From a virus (lineage: Duplodnaviria > Caudoviricetes): DNA of 64,000 nt. A model generated the notes under the pieces. The model had not been told where the DNA came from. It worked only from the letters and a program-made list of their open reading frames with translations, and did not search any database. Of this stretch, positions 1 to 10,096 are shown piece by piece. Where the stretch lies: positions 1,799 to 65,798 of the IMG/VR virus record IMGVR_UViG_3300037483_000760, one strand, 5' to 3'. Within the stretch, counting starts at the first letter, position 1; every line of letters starts with the position of its first letter. The position numbers were made by a program, and so were the translations under genes.

Positions 1-1150
1 CCGCGAGCTTGTCGCGCACGGTCTCGCCGACGGCACGCCCCAGGGTATCGCGCTCGCGGCCCGGCGCGTTCGGCGCAAGCTCGCCGCCGACCTTGCGGTA
101 GGCGGCATCCTCGACAGAGGTCGTCACCCGCTTGTCGAATTCGCGCATGATCTCTTGGGCGTCCTTACCCATGAGTCCACGGCGCATTTCTTCTTCGACG
201 CCGAGCTGGTCCGCGAGCTTTGTCCGCGTGCCCTTGGTGGTTGGCAGATCGAACTCGCCGGTGCGGACGCTGGCGCCGACCTCCGCCGGGTCCCGCGCCG
301 TCATGGCCTTATCCGCGAACTCACGGGACATTCGCTTGTCCATGTCGGCCGCATCAAGGCCGGCGTCCATCGCCTCCCGCCGGCCACGCTCCGTAAGCTG
401 ACCGTCTGGCGCGATCACACCACGGCGGCCAAAGAAACGGCGCCATGTCGCGGCCACCGCTGGCGACAACCCCTCAAACACGGCCCCGCCGAGCGTCGAT
501 ACACCAGCCCTGGTTAAGTCGACTGACTGCTCACTGCCCATCTTCTCCGCCGCAACGTCGGCGCCGATACTCGACGCGCCGCCAGCGGCGGCCTGCAAGC
601 CCATCCGGGTGAGAAGCCCTGCGCCACGGGCAAGCCCGCCGGCGACGCCTGCCCCAACCATGAACGGCGCGGAACCAACAACCGCGCGCTCCACATCATC
701 CCAATCGAGGCCCGGCTTGTTGAGATAGGCGCGATGCTCCCCGCCGTCGTCGCCCTTATAGGTCAGCACTTCATATCCGTTGGCGTCGGTATCAACGTTC
801 GTGATCCGGTCGCCAAGCGCCTTTTTGACGATATCGCCATAGGCTTTGTCATCGTAGGTGACCGCCTGGCCGCGTTTGATCTGCCTCATCGTGTCGAGAT
901 CGCTGAGCCCCTGAAAAGAGAAACCCGGAACGTCGGCAAAACGGGGGTCCTGCTTGCCGCGCACCGACTCGGCAACGCCGCTGGCGGCGTCTCCAATGGC
1001 GCCCGTTATGCGCCCCAACATGGACCGGCTGCTGCGTAACTGGTCGGGGGTCATGCCCTCCGCTGAAATATAGGAATCGATCTCTGCTTCGGGCGCGTTC
1101 CGATCGATCATGCGGCCGATATTGCGTTTGACCAGGTCGGTGTCCGCCAT
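1..1150 (-). CDS. Large internal virion / DNA ejection protein, truncated by the window edge
   Basis: ATG at 1150 overlaps the TGA of the upstream ORF (ATGA coupling). The frame stays open toward the left edge (MADTDLVKRNIGRMIDRNAPEAEIDSYI...), is Ala/Gly-rich, and follows the other ejection genes. It is missing from the ORF track, consistent with no stop codon inside the window. Confidence 0.7.
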   Translation of the reverse strand, partial: MADTDLVKRNIGRMIDRNAPEAEIDSYISAEGMTPDQLRSSRSMLGRITGAIGDAASGVAESVRGKQDPRFADVPGFSFQGLSDLDTMRQIKRGQAVTYDDKAYGDIVKKALGDRITNVDTDANGYEVLTYKGDDGGEHRAYLNKPGLDWDDVERAVVGSAPFMVGAGVAGGLARGAGLLTRMGLQAAAGGASSIGADVAAEKMGSEQSVDLTRAGVSTLGGAVFEGLSPAVAATWRRFFGRRGVIAPDGQLTERGRREAMDAGLDAADMDKRMSREFADKAMTARDPAEVGASVRTGEFDLPTTKGTRTKLADQLGVEEEMRRGLMGKDAQEIMREFDKRVTTSVEDAAYRKVGGELAPNAPGRERDTLGRAVGETVRDKLA

Positions 1151-3159
1151 CACTCCAGCCCATATTTCTGTTTGAGTTGTTCCTTGACATTATCGGCGCC
1201 CGCCGTCGGTGACCGCTGTGGGGTATCGCTCGCAATTTTATTGGCCGTTTCGAGGAATTGGCCGAGCGTTTCCCGGCGAGATGCCTCCATCTCGGCAAGC
1301 ACCGAGAACACTTTAGGGTCGATAGCGCCATCCTCGCGGATATGGTCACGCCAGACCTTAGCCTGCTGCTGTTTGTGCCGCAGGTCGGCGACGCGCTGTT
1401 GAACCAGGAGCTTGCGGCCTTGGGCCGAGTCGTTGAGACCAACGGCCATGCGCTCATATATCTGGCGCTCATAGTTCGACGTTGCGCTATCTTGCGATTG
1501 CTTCTTATAGGACAGTGCAAGTTCGTCGGTGATCTTGTTCACAACCTCGGCATTGGCCACGCCTTTGAAGTTGAGACCGAGCAGCGTTGTCCCGAGCTTT
1601 TTCAAGGACGCGATAGATTGGCCCGCGGTGCCCGTATAGACGTTCGGATCGTCAAGCAGATTGTCGACGGTCTCATAGAGACGGATTTGGCCTGCGGCCT
1701 CCGTGGCCGCATCCTGGGCTTTCAGCGCGCGCTCGCTCAAACCCTTGGATAACTCCTTACCACCGGCCATATTGACGCTGGTTGCCCCGGCCTTCTTGAG
1801 CGACAATTCCCAATCATACTGGGATTTCGGCACGCGATTATTCGCCAGCTCTTGTGCGACATAACCGGTGTAATTCTTTTGCGTATTCGTCAGTTGACCG
1901 TTCGATAGAATCAACTTCGACAATTCAAGCGCGGTCGATTGCGTCGCCTTAGGCAGCCCGGGATTCGACGCCGCGCCGATCAGCACCGGCAATGCGTTGC
2001 GAAGATTGTCCAGCGGACCGCTTACGCCGGTGAACTGCTCCGGCGTGACCCCTCCTTGCGTCATGGGCGCGGTCGTCGCGCCCGTGCCGCCGCCACCAAC
2101 TTGATTGGTCAGCAGCGAATAGACCTGGCCCGCGCTACGGGGCGTTCCGTCGCGGTTGAAGAAAACGGACTTGTTGGCGGCAACCGCATTGGGTGTCGCC
2201 AGTTCAAGCGCCGGCGTTTCCGGATTGGCCTGCGTACCCTTGATGAATTGCACCGCGCCATCGGCGCCGAGGAAGTGCGCGACGCGGAGATTTCCGTCGT
2301 TCGGCGCGACGCCGGAGTCCGAAAGCTTGGCGTCGTTTTCCGCCGTGAACACACGGGCGGCTGCGTTCTGCTTGGCGATTGCCTCCGGCGTCGTCCCGAC
2401 ACGGTCCTGCGGCGTGAGCCCGAGATTGGGATGTCGCCGGGCCAAATCGGCCCACGTGCTTTCGAGGAATTGATAAAGCCCGCCGGCGCTTGAAGTCGCC
2501 GCCCGAGCCGCCGGGTTGTTGCCACTTTCGGCGCGACCGAGCCGGTCGTAGTAACCGGGACTGGCGTTTGCGCCAGGGGCCGGGCGCCCGCCGTCGAGCG
2601 CGCCCGAGATCGCCGAGCTGAATTTCTTACCCTCTTCGAGCCCCTGCATTTTCAGATAGGCGTCGAGACTCGACGATGTCGCCAACGCCTGTTGCAGCAC
2701 CAGCGGCGAGGGATTATCCCTCCACTGGTCGTACTGCTGCGGATTGTCGTCGAACACGCCCTCCGATTTCAGGCTGTCCATGGCCTCCTGCCATTTCGAC
2801 TTGAACTGCGGGGTGTTGACGTAAGGCAAAACGCCGCGCGCGGCCGTACCGATCTGCTTGAGATTGAAATCGAAGCGTTGCCGCTTATTGGTATCGAGCG
2901 CGTTACGCGCGGTCGCGACCTGCACCATTACGTCGGGTGCGCCGGAGAGTTTGTCGATGGCGTTCGGATCGCCCGCCGTCATGGCGTCGTTGTAGGAGCG
3001 CAGCGCGTTTGTTCGCACGCCGCGTTCCATCAGATTCATGCGCGCCAATTGGTTTTGCGTGTCGGCATTGCGTAATTGCGACGCGATGAGAAGTGTGCGC
3101 CCGAAGTCGAGTTGCGGAACCTGCACCCCGGCGGCGATCATGTTGTTGATGTCAGCCAT
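1150..3159 (-). CDS. DNA ejection protein with an internal lytic transglycosylase/lysozyme-like domain
   Basis: About 670 aa. Contains AESGNNPAARAATSSAGGLYQFLESTW and AHFLG, typical of SLT/lysozyme-like virion muralytic domains. Start taken at ATG 3159, overlapping the upstream stop. Confidence 0.8.
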   Translation of the reverse strand: MADINNMIAAGVQVPQLDFGRTLLIASQLRNADTQNQLARMNLMERGVRTNALRSYNDAMTAGDPNAIDKLSGAPDVMVQVATARNALDTNKRQRFDFNLKQIGTAARGVLPYVNTPQFKSKWQEAMDSLKSEGVFDDNPQQYDQWRDNPSPLVLQQALATSSSLDAYLKMQGLEEGKKFSSAISGALDGGRPAPGANASPGYYDRLGRAESGNNPAARAATSSAGGLYQFLESTWADLARRHPNLGLTPQDRVGTTPEAIAKQNAAARVFTAENDAKLSDSGVAPNDGNLRVAHFLGADGAVQFIKGTQANPETPALELATPNAVAANKSVFFNRDGTPRSAGQVYSLLTNQVGGGGTGATTAPMTQGGVTPEQFTGVSGPLDNLRNALPVLIGAASNPGLPKATQSTALELSKLILSNGQLTNTQKNYTGYVAQELANNRVPKSQYDWELSLKKAGATSVNMAGGKELSKGLSERALKAQDAATEAAGQIRLYETVDNLLDDPNVYTGTAGQSIASLKKLGTTLLGLNFKGVANAEVVNKITDELALSYKKQSQDSATSNYERQIYERMAVGLNDSAQGRKLLVQQRVADLRHKQQQAKVWRDHIREDGAIDPKVFSVLAEMEASRRETLGQFLETANKIASDTPQRSPTAGADNVKEQLKQKYGLE

Positions 3160-4247
3160 CAGCCGTACCACCCCATGTTGCCTGGATTGCCGTAGGACGA
3201 AGCCGGTACGTTGTCATTGCCGTAAGACATATTGAGCAGATTGAGAGGCGTGCCGGCGCCGTATGAGGCCGGCGCGGCGTAGGCGCTTCCGCTCGGGCGG
3301 TTCAGCAGGTTTTGCAGCATGGCGAAATTCGTCAGATTGTTGATGCCGCCCGTGAGCGAGTTGGTCATGCCGACGGTGCCGGCCGCGTTGGCCTGGCCCG
3401 CGCCGAGGGTGCCGCCCGCCTGCGCCGAGCCCATTTGCGCCGCCAGACTGGCGAGCACGTTACCTTGGTTGCTGTAGATGTTGGCCTCGCTTGTGCCGAG
3501 CCCGGTGATGAGGCGCGCAAGATCGCTGCCCTGACCGGTGACGAGTCCGGCAAGCGCGTTGCCTTTGTTGGTATAGATATTCGCTCTTTGCGCGCCCTCG
3601 TTGCTGAAGAGGTTGGCAATGTTGGTGCCGGCGGACTGCCCCATGCCGGCGAGCGAGGCGAGCCGGTTGGCGTAGTTGCCGAAGTTCTGTGTCGCCAGCC
3701 CTTGGCCGAACGAGGTCAGGTCGCGCAGGTAGTTGCCGGAATTGAGCAGCCCGCGCGCGGCGGCCTGATTGGTGACCGCGTTGCCGCCTTCCTCCAACGC
3801 AAAGGCGTAGTCGGGCGAGCGGCGGAAGGCGTCGAGCGCGTTGTCGTTGAAAGCCTGCTGCCCATTCAGGCCGTACAGTTGCGCCAGCGACGTGAGCGCG
3901 CTAGTGCCGGTGCGGTAATACGGATTGAGCGTATCGACGGCGTTCTGCCGACCGCTGCTGATAGCGGCGTCGGCCTTGTGGGCATAGAGATCGATATAAT
4001 CGCCAGCCTGACCGGTCGCACCACGGATATAATCCATGGCAGGGCCATAGGCCGCGCGCAAAGCCTCAAGTGCGTTGCCGGAACTGCCGCGTTGGAATTC
4101 TTCGGCGCGCCCGAGCCCCGCCAACTGACTTTCGGCGGCCGAACGCGCGGCGGCGGCTTGGGTTTTTGCCGCGCTGTTGGCGCCGAGCGCGCCGATACCG
4201 GCAGCGGCAATCGAACCGACAACCGGCAGGATGGCTCCTATTGGCAT
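3159..4247 (-). CDS. DNA ejection/pilot protein (P22 gp7-like)
   Basis: 362 aa, Ala/Gly/Asn-rich with an N-terminal hydrophobic GxxxG-type segment. Lies between the gp14-like gene and the large ejection proteins. Confidence 0.7.
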   Translation of the reverse strand: MPIGAILPVVGSIAAAGIGALGANSAAKTQAAAARSAAESQLAGLGRAEEFQRGSSGNALEALRAAYGPAMDYIRGATGQAGDYIDLYAHKADAAISSGRQNAVDTLNPYYRTGTSALTSLAQLYGLNGQQAFNDNALDAFRRSPDYAFALEEGGNAVTNQAAARGLLNSGNYLRDLTSFGQGLATQNFGNYANRLASLAGMGQSAGTNIANLFSNEGAQRANIYTNKGNALAGLVTGQGSDLARLITGLGTSEANIYSNQGNVLASLAAQMGSAQAGGTLGAGQANAAGTVGMTNSLTGGINNLTNFAMLQNLLNRPSGSAYAAPASYGAGTPLNLLNMSYGNDNVPASSYGNPGNMGWYG

Positions 4248-5029
4248 GACATCACCCAGAAGTCGTCGTTGCGGATGCAGAGCATGGCGGGACCGGCGGA
4301 TACAACGAGCGGCGACCGCGACACGATTTGGAGACGCGAACAGCCGGTAAAGGCCGCGTAGCGGTCGAAGAACACGACGGCTTTTTCGGGCTGCCCGCCA
4401 AGCAGCATTTCCATGGCGAGCCCCATGGCGCGTTCATCGTCTTCCGATGCCGAAAGATCGATGTCGCCTTTGCCGAGCCGCTTGAGTTCCTGCGCCAACC
4501 GATCGCGCATCCATCGGCCGCGCAACGGCAATTCCGGGGCGGTTCGCATCCAGTCCTGGATGCGCAGGCCATAGACATCGGCCGGCACGGGATCGAGATC
4601 GACGATCCATCCGCGCGGCAGGTGAAAGTCCTTGACGCCTTTGAGGGCGCGGATCAGCGTGAGCGCCGCCAGATTGCCGCGCGGTATGCGGGCCATCATC
4701 TCTACCGCGTCGGTTCTGGCGAACATCCACGCCAGCGCAGCGCGCATCATGCGCAGCGTCCATCGTCCGCGGCCCGCCGGCAAGACCTGCGCGTGAAATT
4801 CGTAAAGTCCAGGTTGCAGCTTCACAAAGAATACACCGCCAAATTCGCCGATCAGCGCGACGTTGTTGCGGTCGGCGACCGCCGCGGTAATATCAATCGG
4901 ACCGAGAGCCCATCCACGCACCCAACGGGTGACGTCCGGATGATTGGCGACGGCATTGATCCACGCGGCGTCGAATGTGCGCGTAATGATCGGCTTGTCC
5001 ATGACGATGCCGGCGGCGCTTGCGTTCAT
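4238..5029 (-). CDS. P22 gp14-like (GNAT-like) virion assembly protein
   Basis: Motif YEFHAQVLPAGRGRW...AWMFARTDAVEMMARIPRGNLAA resembles gp14/DUF2824. Syntenic after gp10. ATG 5029 is coupled to the upstream TGA. Confidence 0.6.
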   Translation of the reverse strand: MNASAAGIVMDKPIITRTFDAAWINAVANHPDVTRWVRGWALGPIDITAAVADRNNVALIGEFGGVFFVKLQPGLYEFHAQVLPAGRGRWTLRMMRAALAWMFARTDAVEMMARIPRGNLAALTLIRALKGVKDFHLPRGWIVDLDPVPADVYGLRIQDWMRTAPELPLRGRWMRDRLAQELKRLGKGDIDLSASEDDERAMGLAMEMLLGGQPEKAVVFFDRYAAFTGCSRLQIVSRSPLVVSAGPAMLCIRNDDFWVMSCQ

Positions 5030-5466
5030 TTGAGCACGATACCCCCTGCCCCGCCGTCGAGATGATCGGCGAATATACCGATGTAAAGACGATCCGCCGA
5101 GAGCGAGTCGCTTCCGGCCTGCGTTGCCCCACCGCTGATATAGAACTTGACGGTCGCAAGCGTGCCCTTTTTTGGAACGACGGTGCCGGTGACTGCGCCC
5201 GTCGAATTTGCCGCCGCGGCGAACACGAAGAAATCGTAGTTGTTGTATTTGTCGATCAGTGGTGCGGCGTCGTTGGGCGTAAGGGTAATTATGTTCGTGC
5301 CGGAAGCGGAGCACGGGATGATACGGTTCGCACCCTGCATGTTCGCGACCATGCGCTGCATGAATTGCACGAAGTAGGGCGTCGACATGCCGTGCTGATC
5401 GGCGATAGCTGCCTGTGCCAGCAGGTCGGCGAGCGGCGCCGGGCGCGATGCGGCGGCGTTGCTCAC
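5026..5466 (-). CDS. Virion structural protein, unknown function
   Basis: 146-aa ORF coupled at both ends within the tail operon. Confidence 0.6.
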   Translation of the reverse strand: MSNAAASRPAPLADLLAQAAIADQHGMSTPYFVQFMQRMVANMQGANRIIPCSASGTNIITLTPNDAAPLIDKYNNYDFFVFAAAANSTGAVTGTVVPKKGTLATVKFYISGGATQAGSDSLSADRLYIGIFADHLDGGAGGIVLK

Positions 5467-6878
5467 AGCCCCACGCTCAATTCAGGCGCGCGCGCCGCGA
5501 TGATGCATCGCCGCACGGGGTCCGATACGGTCACCTTGATCGCCCGCTGATAGAAGCTGCCGAGGCGGTCCCATCGCAATTGAAACGCATCGCCGTATTC
5601 GCCGATCTTGCCCATGGACCGCCATGGTTCTTGGCTGGAAAACGTGCGGGCGCCGTCGTCCGAGATGGAGAGCATGATTTGCGGGTCGGAGCCCTGGCCG
5701 GAGGTCAGACCGACACCATTTTCCACGTCAAGTTCGAACCACGGCATGAACATGCGCTTGCCGGCGGCATGAAGAGGCGGCGATACAAGCTCGCCGACAA
5801 TCTGGTTTCCGAACTCGGTGTAGATACGATCGTCGATATACCCTATTTTTCCGGAGAACTGACTGCCGATGAATGTCTTGCCATAGGCGTTCGCTGAACA
5901 ATTTCCGCACCATCGCCCGAGCGCGTGCAGGTTTTCATCGCGCGATGACCGCTCGTGCCACAAACGCGTGGCGATATCGTAGACCCACGTTTCGTTGGCT
6001 GCGACGAAATTGAAAACGATGAACTTATGGCCGCCGAACGTATATGAAAAGCAATTCAAATCCGCCACGGTCGAAAAACGTTCCCAGTGCTTTTCAAGCG
6101 CGTGCGTCGAGATGCGCGCGAGCGTCGTGCCGCTCACGCGGTAGGCGATGCGGTCGTTACCCAGAATATAGATCGCCTGATCTTCCGCCGTTTTGGCGTG
6201 CGGGCCGGCGATGCCGCGGTCGATCGTTCCGCCGGGTATTCGTTGAAATGGAAAATTCGCGGCGCCCGTGTTGCCAAACAGCTCGGTTGTTTCGGTTCCA
6301 AAGACGTAAACGATTTGCAGATGATTGCCGACCGCGAGTACGTCGTCGGAACGCGTTTCCGCCGACCCGAAAGCCAGCGCGTTATAAGATGCCGCATCGC
6401 TCGCACCGGAAATAAACCATTTGTTGGTTCCGGCCTGATCGAAAGCGAGGAAGCTGTCGATAAAACTGACCGTATTGGCGGCCTGAAAATCAGGATCGGT
6501 GATCAGCCTGAAGCCCAGCGTCGCGTTGTAAAGGAACCCGTTGCTGCCGTTGACAATGGCAATGTCTGTGCCGTTATCGTCGATGGACACGATGTCGGTT
6601 CCGGCGATCGTTCCGCCGAGCGCGGTAACCGTTTTATCCTCATCGACACGATAGAACGTCCCGCCGGAAAGGACGTGCAGGACATTGTCGAAGACGCGCA
6701 TCCCCCGCACGGGACCGGTGCCGAGTGTCGCGAACGTCTCGATGCCGGGACACCCGAACACCGCGACCGGAGATTTTGCGCCGCGCGGTTGCGCCTCCGC
6801 ATAGAAATTAACGCAGCGTTGCGCCGACAGCGGTAGCGTGTCGGAAATGTAGCTTTGCGTCGCGAACTGAATGTCCAT
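5463..6878 (-). CDS. Tail nozzle / packaged DNA stabilization protein (P22 gp10-like)
   Basis: 471 aa, beta-rich. N-terminal LSAQRCVNFYAE...VFGCPG and C-terminal WRSMGKIGEY...WDRLG match gp10-type proteins. Confidence 0.85.
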   Translation of the reverse strand: MDIQFATQSYISDTLPLSAQRCVNFYAEAQPRGAKSPVAVFGCPGIETFATLGTGPVRGMRVFDNVLHVLSGGTFYRVDEDKTVTALGGTIAGTDIVSIDDNGTDIAIVNGSNGFLYNATLGFRLITDPDFQAANTVSFIDSFLAFDQAGTNKWFISGASDAASYNALAFGSAETRSDDVLAVGNHLQIVYVFGTETTELFGNTGAANFPFQRIPGGTIDRGIAGPHAKTAEDQAIYILGNDRIAYRVSGTTLARISTHALEKHWERFSTVADLNCFSYTFGGHKFIVFNFVAANETWVYDIATRLWHERSSRDENLHALGRWCGNCSANAYGKTFIGSQFSGKIGYIDDRIYTEFGNQIVGELVSPPLHAAGKRMFMPWFELDVENGVGLTSGQGSDPQIMLSISDDGARTFSSQEPWRSMGKIGEYGDAFQLRWDRLGSFYQRAIKVTVSDPVRRCIIAARAPELSVGL

Positions 6879-6884
6879 GACGCG

Positions 6885-7832
6885 TCAGGAGTTGAAGTCG
6901 ACGCCGAACTGGATCGACTCGGCTTCACGGCCGAAGCCGCTGACCTGTTCGAGAGTCGAAGCCGCCATCGCCTGCACTTGCATGTATTTCTGCACCGGCA
7001 CGTCAAATTCCGGGGCCATCTCAAGCGCGAGATTCCAGGTGAGTGTCCTGATCCATTCCTGCGGCAGGTCCGGGTTGTCGCCGGCGGCGTTGAAATCCTC
7101 GATCGGGCGCCACCATACGAACTTGATCAGATCGGTGACCGTCGACGGCGGCTGCCATAACTTGAACACGCCGAGCGTCAATTGCGGATCGTAGAAAATG
7201 AGATTGACGATTCCGGTCTGTGCCTTGTTCGGGATGGCGTCGTATTCGAGCCGCGACACCGGATCGGCGAGCGCGGTATCTTGTCCGTTCGCAACGTTGT
7301 AGCGCCGTGCCGCGGTAACCCGGAGCGGTCGCACGATCTTGCTGGTGTAGGCGAAGACCGCGTTGCCGGCTGCCGCTGCGTCGGTCAATGCATCGTCCAG
7401 CGCAATCGTAGAGCCGGCCGGCACACCGTTCGCCGTGGTCCATTGCAGGCTTCCGCTGTCGAGCATCACCCCGACGTAATTCGCATCCGAAATTCCGGCG
7501 ATGCTGTCGACGCTGAGGGACGTCGCGCCGGATGCCGCCGCGCTCGCCAGCGCCGTTGCGACGTAAGACTGCGTGATATGGTCGGTCGCGCCGGCTCCAG
7601 CCGAATAACTGACTTGGCTTGACTGCGGAAATAACACCCCTTCCGCGACCGTCCAGACATGCAGGCCGTCGGCGCTCCAAGCCTTCACCATGGAATTAAG
7701 CGCGCGTGCGAAGTCCGTCAGCATGGCGCTTGACATCGTCGCGCCGGCGCGCATGGCACCTATCTTGCGCGCGGCGTCCTGGCAAATCTCGTTGCGCGTC
7801 ACATTAAACGCGCTTGTGCCGCTCGTTGCCAT
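6885..7832 (-). CDS. Head-tail adaptor (P22 gp4-like) with an inserted beta domain
   Basis: N-terminal RNEICQDAARKIG...ALNSMVKAW and C-terminal DLPQEWIRTLTWNLALEMAPEF. Sits directly upstream of the gp10-like gene. Confidence 0.75.
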   Translation of the reverse strand: MATSGTSAFNVTRNEICQDAARKIGAMRAGATMSSAMLTDFARALNSMVKAWSADGLHVWTVAEGVLFPQSSQVSYSAGAGATDHITQSYVATALASAAASGATSLSVDSIAGISDANYVGVMLDSGSLQWTTANGVPAGSTIALDDALTDAAAAGNAVFAYTSKIVRPLRVTAARRYNVANGQDTALADPVSRLEYDAIPNKAQTGIVNLIFYDPQLTLGVFKLWQPPSTVTDLIKFVWWRPIEDFNAAGDNPDLPQEWIRTLTWNLALEMAPEFDVPVQKYMQVQAMAASTLEQVSGFGREAESIQFGVDFNS

Positions 7833-8302
7833 CAGCCGATATCCGCCGGAGAGGTCGCCGTTTCGTTGGTGAGTACGAGCCCGGCCGACGCCGCCCAGGT
7901 CAACGGACGGCTGATTTCGATGCTTTCACTGTCGGGCAGGCTTTGCACGATGGCGCGGAAACAATCGCCGTTGTCGAGCAACAACTTCACACGATCGCCG
8001 GCCAGAAAGCGTTCCGACGTTACAACCGAAACGACCGTATCGCCGGCCGCAGCGTCGGACGTGAGCGAGGTATTGAGAGGCCCGATGAACTGATCGATAC
8101 GCTCGGGCCTTGTAACCGCGACGGTCTGCTTGTCACGCCGGCTGCGCACGAAATCCTGCGGATGACGCGGCTCCCAGTCGTTGCGGTGCACGAGGCCGCC
8201 GTTCCATTCAAGCCGCGCGTCCGTCGCCCTGATTTTCAGGCCGGTGCGGTCGTCGATGACGTAGTGTCCGCCGGGACGATAGTGATGTCCAGCCATTGTC
8301 AA
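7832..8302 (-). CDS. Conserved phage virion-region protein
   Basis: 156 aa, with IDDRTGLKIRATDARLEWNG...WEPRHPQ. Coupled to the gp4-like gene. Confidence 0.6.
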   Translation of the reverse strand: MTMAGHHYRPGGHYVIDDRTGLKIRATDARLEWNGGLVHRNDWEPRHPQDFVRSRRDKQTVAVTRPERIDQFIGPLNTSLTSDAAAGDTVVSVVTSERFLAGDRVKLLLDNGDCFRAIVQSLPDSESIEISRPLTWAASAGLVLTNETATSPADIG

Positions 8303-8309
8303 CCCCGTG

Positions 8310-8933
8310 CTACCGTGCCGGAATGCCGCGCCAGTAAGTTGCCGGCGTGTTGCCGCTTTGCGCGATCAAGAGCGGCGCGCGGCTGCCGGTGTATTGCGTC
8401 AATTCGGTCAACGTCAGGGCGGAGCCGGTCAGTACATAAGCGCCGGTGGCTGGATCGAGGCCAGTCAGAAACGCAGCGTCCTGACCGGTAAGCACATAGT
8501 CGCCGGCATTGGCCGGCATGATCCTGGTAAGATCGGCATCCTGCCCGGTTAACACATAAGCGCCGGTGGCTGGATCGAGGCCAGTCAGAAACGCAGCGTC
8601 CTGACCGGTAAGCACATACTCGCCACGCGCGAGAACGTTGTTCAGTGCGAAAGCGACCGCGACGCCGGTCAGTACATAGCCGCCGACATTCGCCGTAAAA
8701 CCGAACGCCGTGACGATCGGCTGCCCGTTCAGGACGTAGGCGGCAGCACCCATGACATGGGCAAGATTGAAGGCCGCTGTCTGGCCCGACAGCACATACG
8801 ATCCGGCATCGAGCGGAGCCGAAACGCTCGCCAACATCGGCTGGCCGGTCAGCACGTAAGCGCCGGTACCTAGAAACAGGCCCGGGGTGGTGAGCGCGCT
8901 GCCGATCGCGCGCCCGATGGGACCGCCAATCAT
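8310..8933 (-). CDS. Repeat-containing fibre-like virion protein (GxYVLxGQ repeats)
   Basis: 207 aa with eight roughly 20-aa repeats of GxYVL(T/S/N)G(Q). Confidence 0.65.
   Translation of the reverse strand: MIGGPIGRAIGSALTTPGLFLGTGAYVLTGQPMLASVSAPLDAGSYVLSGQTAAFNLAHVMGAAAYVLNGQPIVTAFGFTANVGGYVLTGVAVAFALNNVLARGEYVLTGQDAAFLTGLDPATGAYVLTGQDADLTRIMPANAGDYVLTGQDAAFLTGLDPATGAYVLTGSALTLTELTQYTGSRAPLLIAQSGNTPATYWRGIPAR
8434..8618. repeat. Exact 65-bp direct repeat (8434-8498 and 8554-8618), period 120 bp
   Basis: ACATAAGCGCCGGTGGCTGGATCGAGGCCAGTCAGAAACGCAGCGTCCTGACCGGTAAGCACATA occurs twice inside the repeat gene. Confidence 0.95.
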
Positions 8934-8945
8934 GGGTTAGGCCCG

Positions 8946-9374
8946 TCAGGCGAGAGTCAATACGCCGTTGACCGCGCTGAAGTCGGTCGTAAAACTGTTG
9001 CCGTCGGTGATGCTGATCTCGACGCCGTAGTCCCAAGAGGCAATCAGCGGCTTAAGCGGAGATGACGGCGTATCGTTGTAGAGGATCACGTAGCGGAATG
9101 GGCCGATGGTGCCCGCCGCCGCCGTGAACGTGACGTCGCCGATCACAAGCTTATATGTTCCGGCAGCTTGTGCCGACGACGATTGCGATGCCTGTGCGCC
9201 GCCGGCGGAATACCCGGCCCCAGCGGCGATTTCGGTGATGTCGCCGAACACCGTGTCGGTCCCGACCGTCGGTGCCGTGTTCGACAGCGCGACTTTGAGC
9301 GTGTCCGACGACAGGTCGTGCACCTGCTCCGCCAGGTTTTCGACGAAGCATTCGTATTTGACATAGGCCGCCAT
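8946..9374 (-). CDS. Conserved phage structural protein
   Basis: 142 aa, beta-rich (DTLKVALSNTAP...GPFRYVILYNDT). Adjacent to the repeat protein. Confidence 0.7.
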   Translation of the reverse strand: MAAYVKYECFVENLAEQVHDLSSDTLKVALSNTAPTVGTDTVFGDITEIAAGAGYSAGGAQASQSSSAQAAGTYKLVIGDVTFTAAAGTIGPFRYVILYNDTPSSPLKPLIASWDYGVEISITDGNSFTTDFSAVNGVLTLA

Positions 9375-9386
9375 GGCAAAATCTCC

Positions 9387-9647
9387 TTACCGGCCGACCG
9401 GGCCGGTGTGGCCCTTCAGCGCCCGTGAAATAGCGGCTATATCGTTTTGGAGATCGAACATCGGTTTTTCGATTTCCTTGATCTCCACACCGAGAGCCCG
9501 TTTTTCGTCCATGAGCGGCGAGAGCTTCGCCACGACAGCGTCGCGCTTGTCGCGCAACGGCTTCGAACGCGCCTGGATTTCGGCACACATTTTGGTGGCT
9601 TCCTGAAAGCGCGTCTTCATACCGGCGACAAAATCGGAATCGGCCAT
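9387..9647 (-). CDS. Small coiled-coil protein
   Basis: 86 aa with a heptad pattern, in the operon. Confidence 0.6.
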   Translation of the reverse strand: MADSDFVAGMKTRFQEATKMCAEIQARSKPLRDKRDAVVAKLSPLMDEKRALGVEIKEIEKPMFDLQNDIAAISRALKGHTGPVGR

Positions 9648-9651
9648 GGCG

Positions 9652-10032
9652 CTATTCCTTTTTTATGAGGTGAAGGGTCACGGCATAGCTGTCACCGGAC
9701 GTTTGCCCGACCGTGGTGAATTTGATGTCGCCGGTCTTTCCAGTGCCTGCGTTGTTCACGAGCGGCGGATCGAACACGATCTCACCGGCGTCGTCGGCGG
9801 GCACGGTAAAGGCAAGCACGTCCGTGGTCGCGCCCCACAGGATTTTCAGCCCCATGCCTTGCGTGGCGTAGGTGATCTTGCGGATTTTGACTTCCGACGG
9901 AGCGTCGCCCAGCTCGGAAACATCGACCTTGGTAACCGCGCTTTCGCCGGTACCGTCGGATTGATTGGTGAAATGCATGACGGCGATCCGCGCGCCGTCG
10001 AGCAACGTTTGACTGGTGACAGTGTCGGGCAT
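9652..10032 (-). CDS. Conserved phage virion protein
   Basis: 126 aa, FTNQSDGTGESAVTKVDVS motif. Upstream minus-strand AAAAGGAATC RBS-like sequence. Confidence 0.7.
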   Translation of the reverse strand: MPDTVTSQTLLDGARIAVMHFTNQSDGTGESAVTKVDVSELGDAPSEVKIRKITYATQGMGLKILWGATTDVLAFTVPADDAGEIVFDPPLVNNAGTGKTGDIKFTTVGQTSGDSYAVTLHLIKKE

Positions 10033-10050
10033 CGCCGTGGATTCCTTTTG

Positions 10051-10079
10051 AAAAGGCGGGGCGCGTGAAGCGCCCCGCC
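10051..10079 (-). terminator. Rho-independent terminator
   Basis: Minus strand reads GGCGGGGCGC-TTCAC-GCGCCCCGCC followed by TTTT. Confidence 0.75.
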
Positions 10080-10096
10080 ATGATCGCCGTAGGTTG

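Noticed and set aside
8434-8618. Possible DGR template/variable repeat or CRISPR repeat
   Set aside because: The two copies are identical and in-frame within one CDS, with no adenine-specific variation and no spacers. No reverse transcriptase or cas gene is present in the window.
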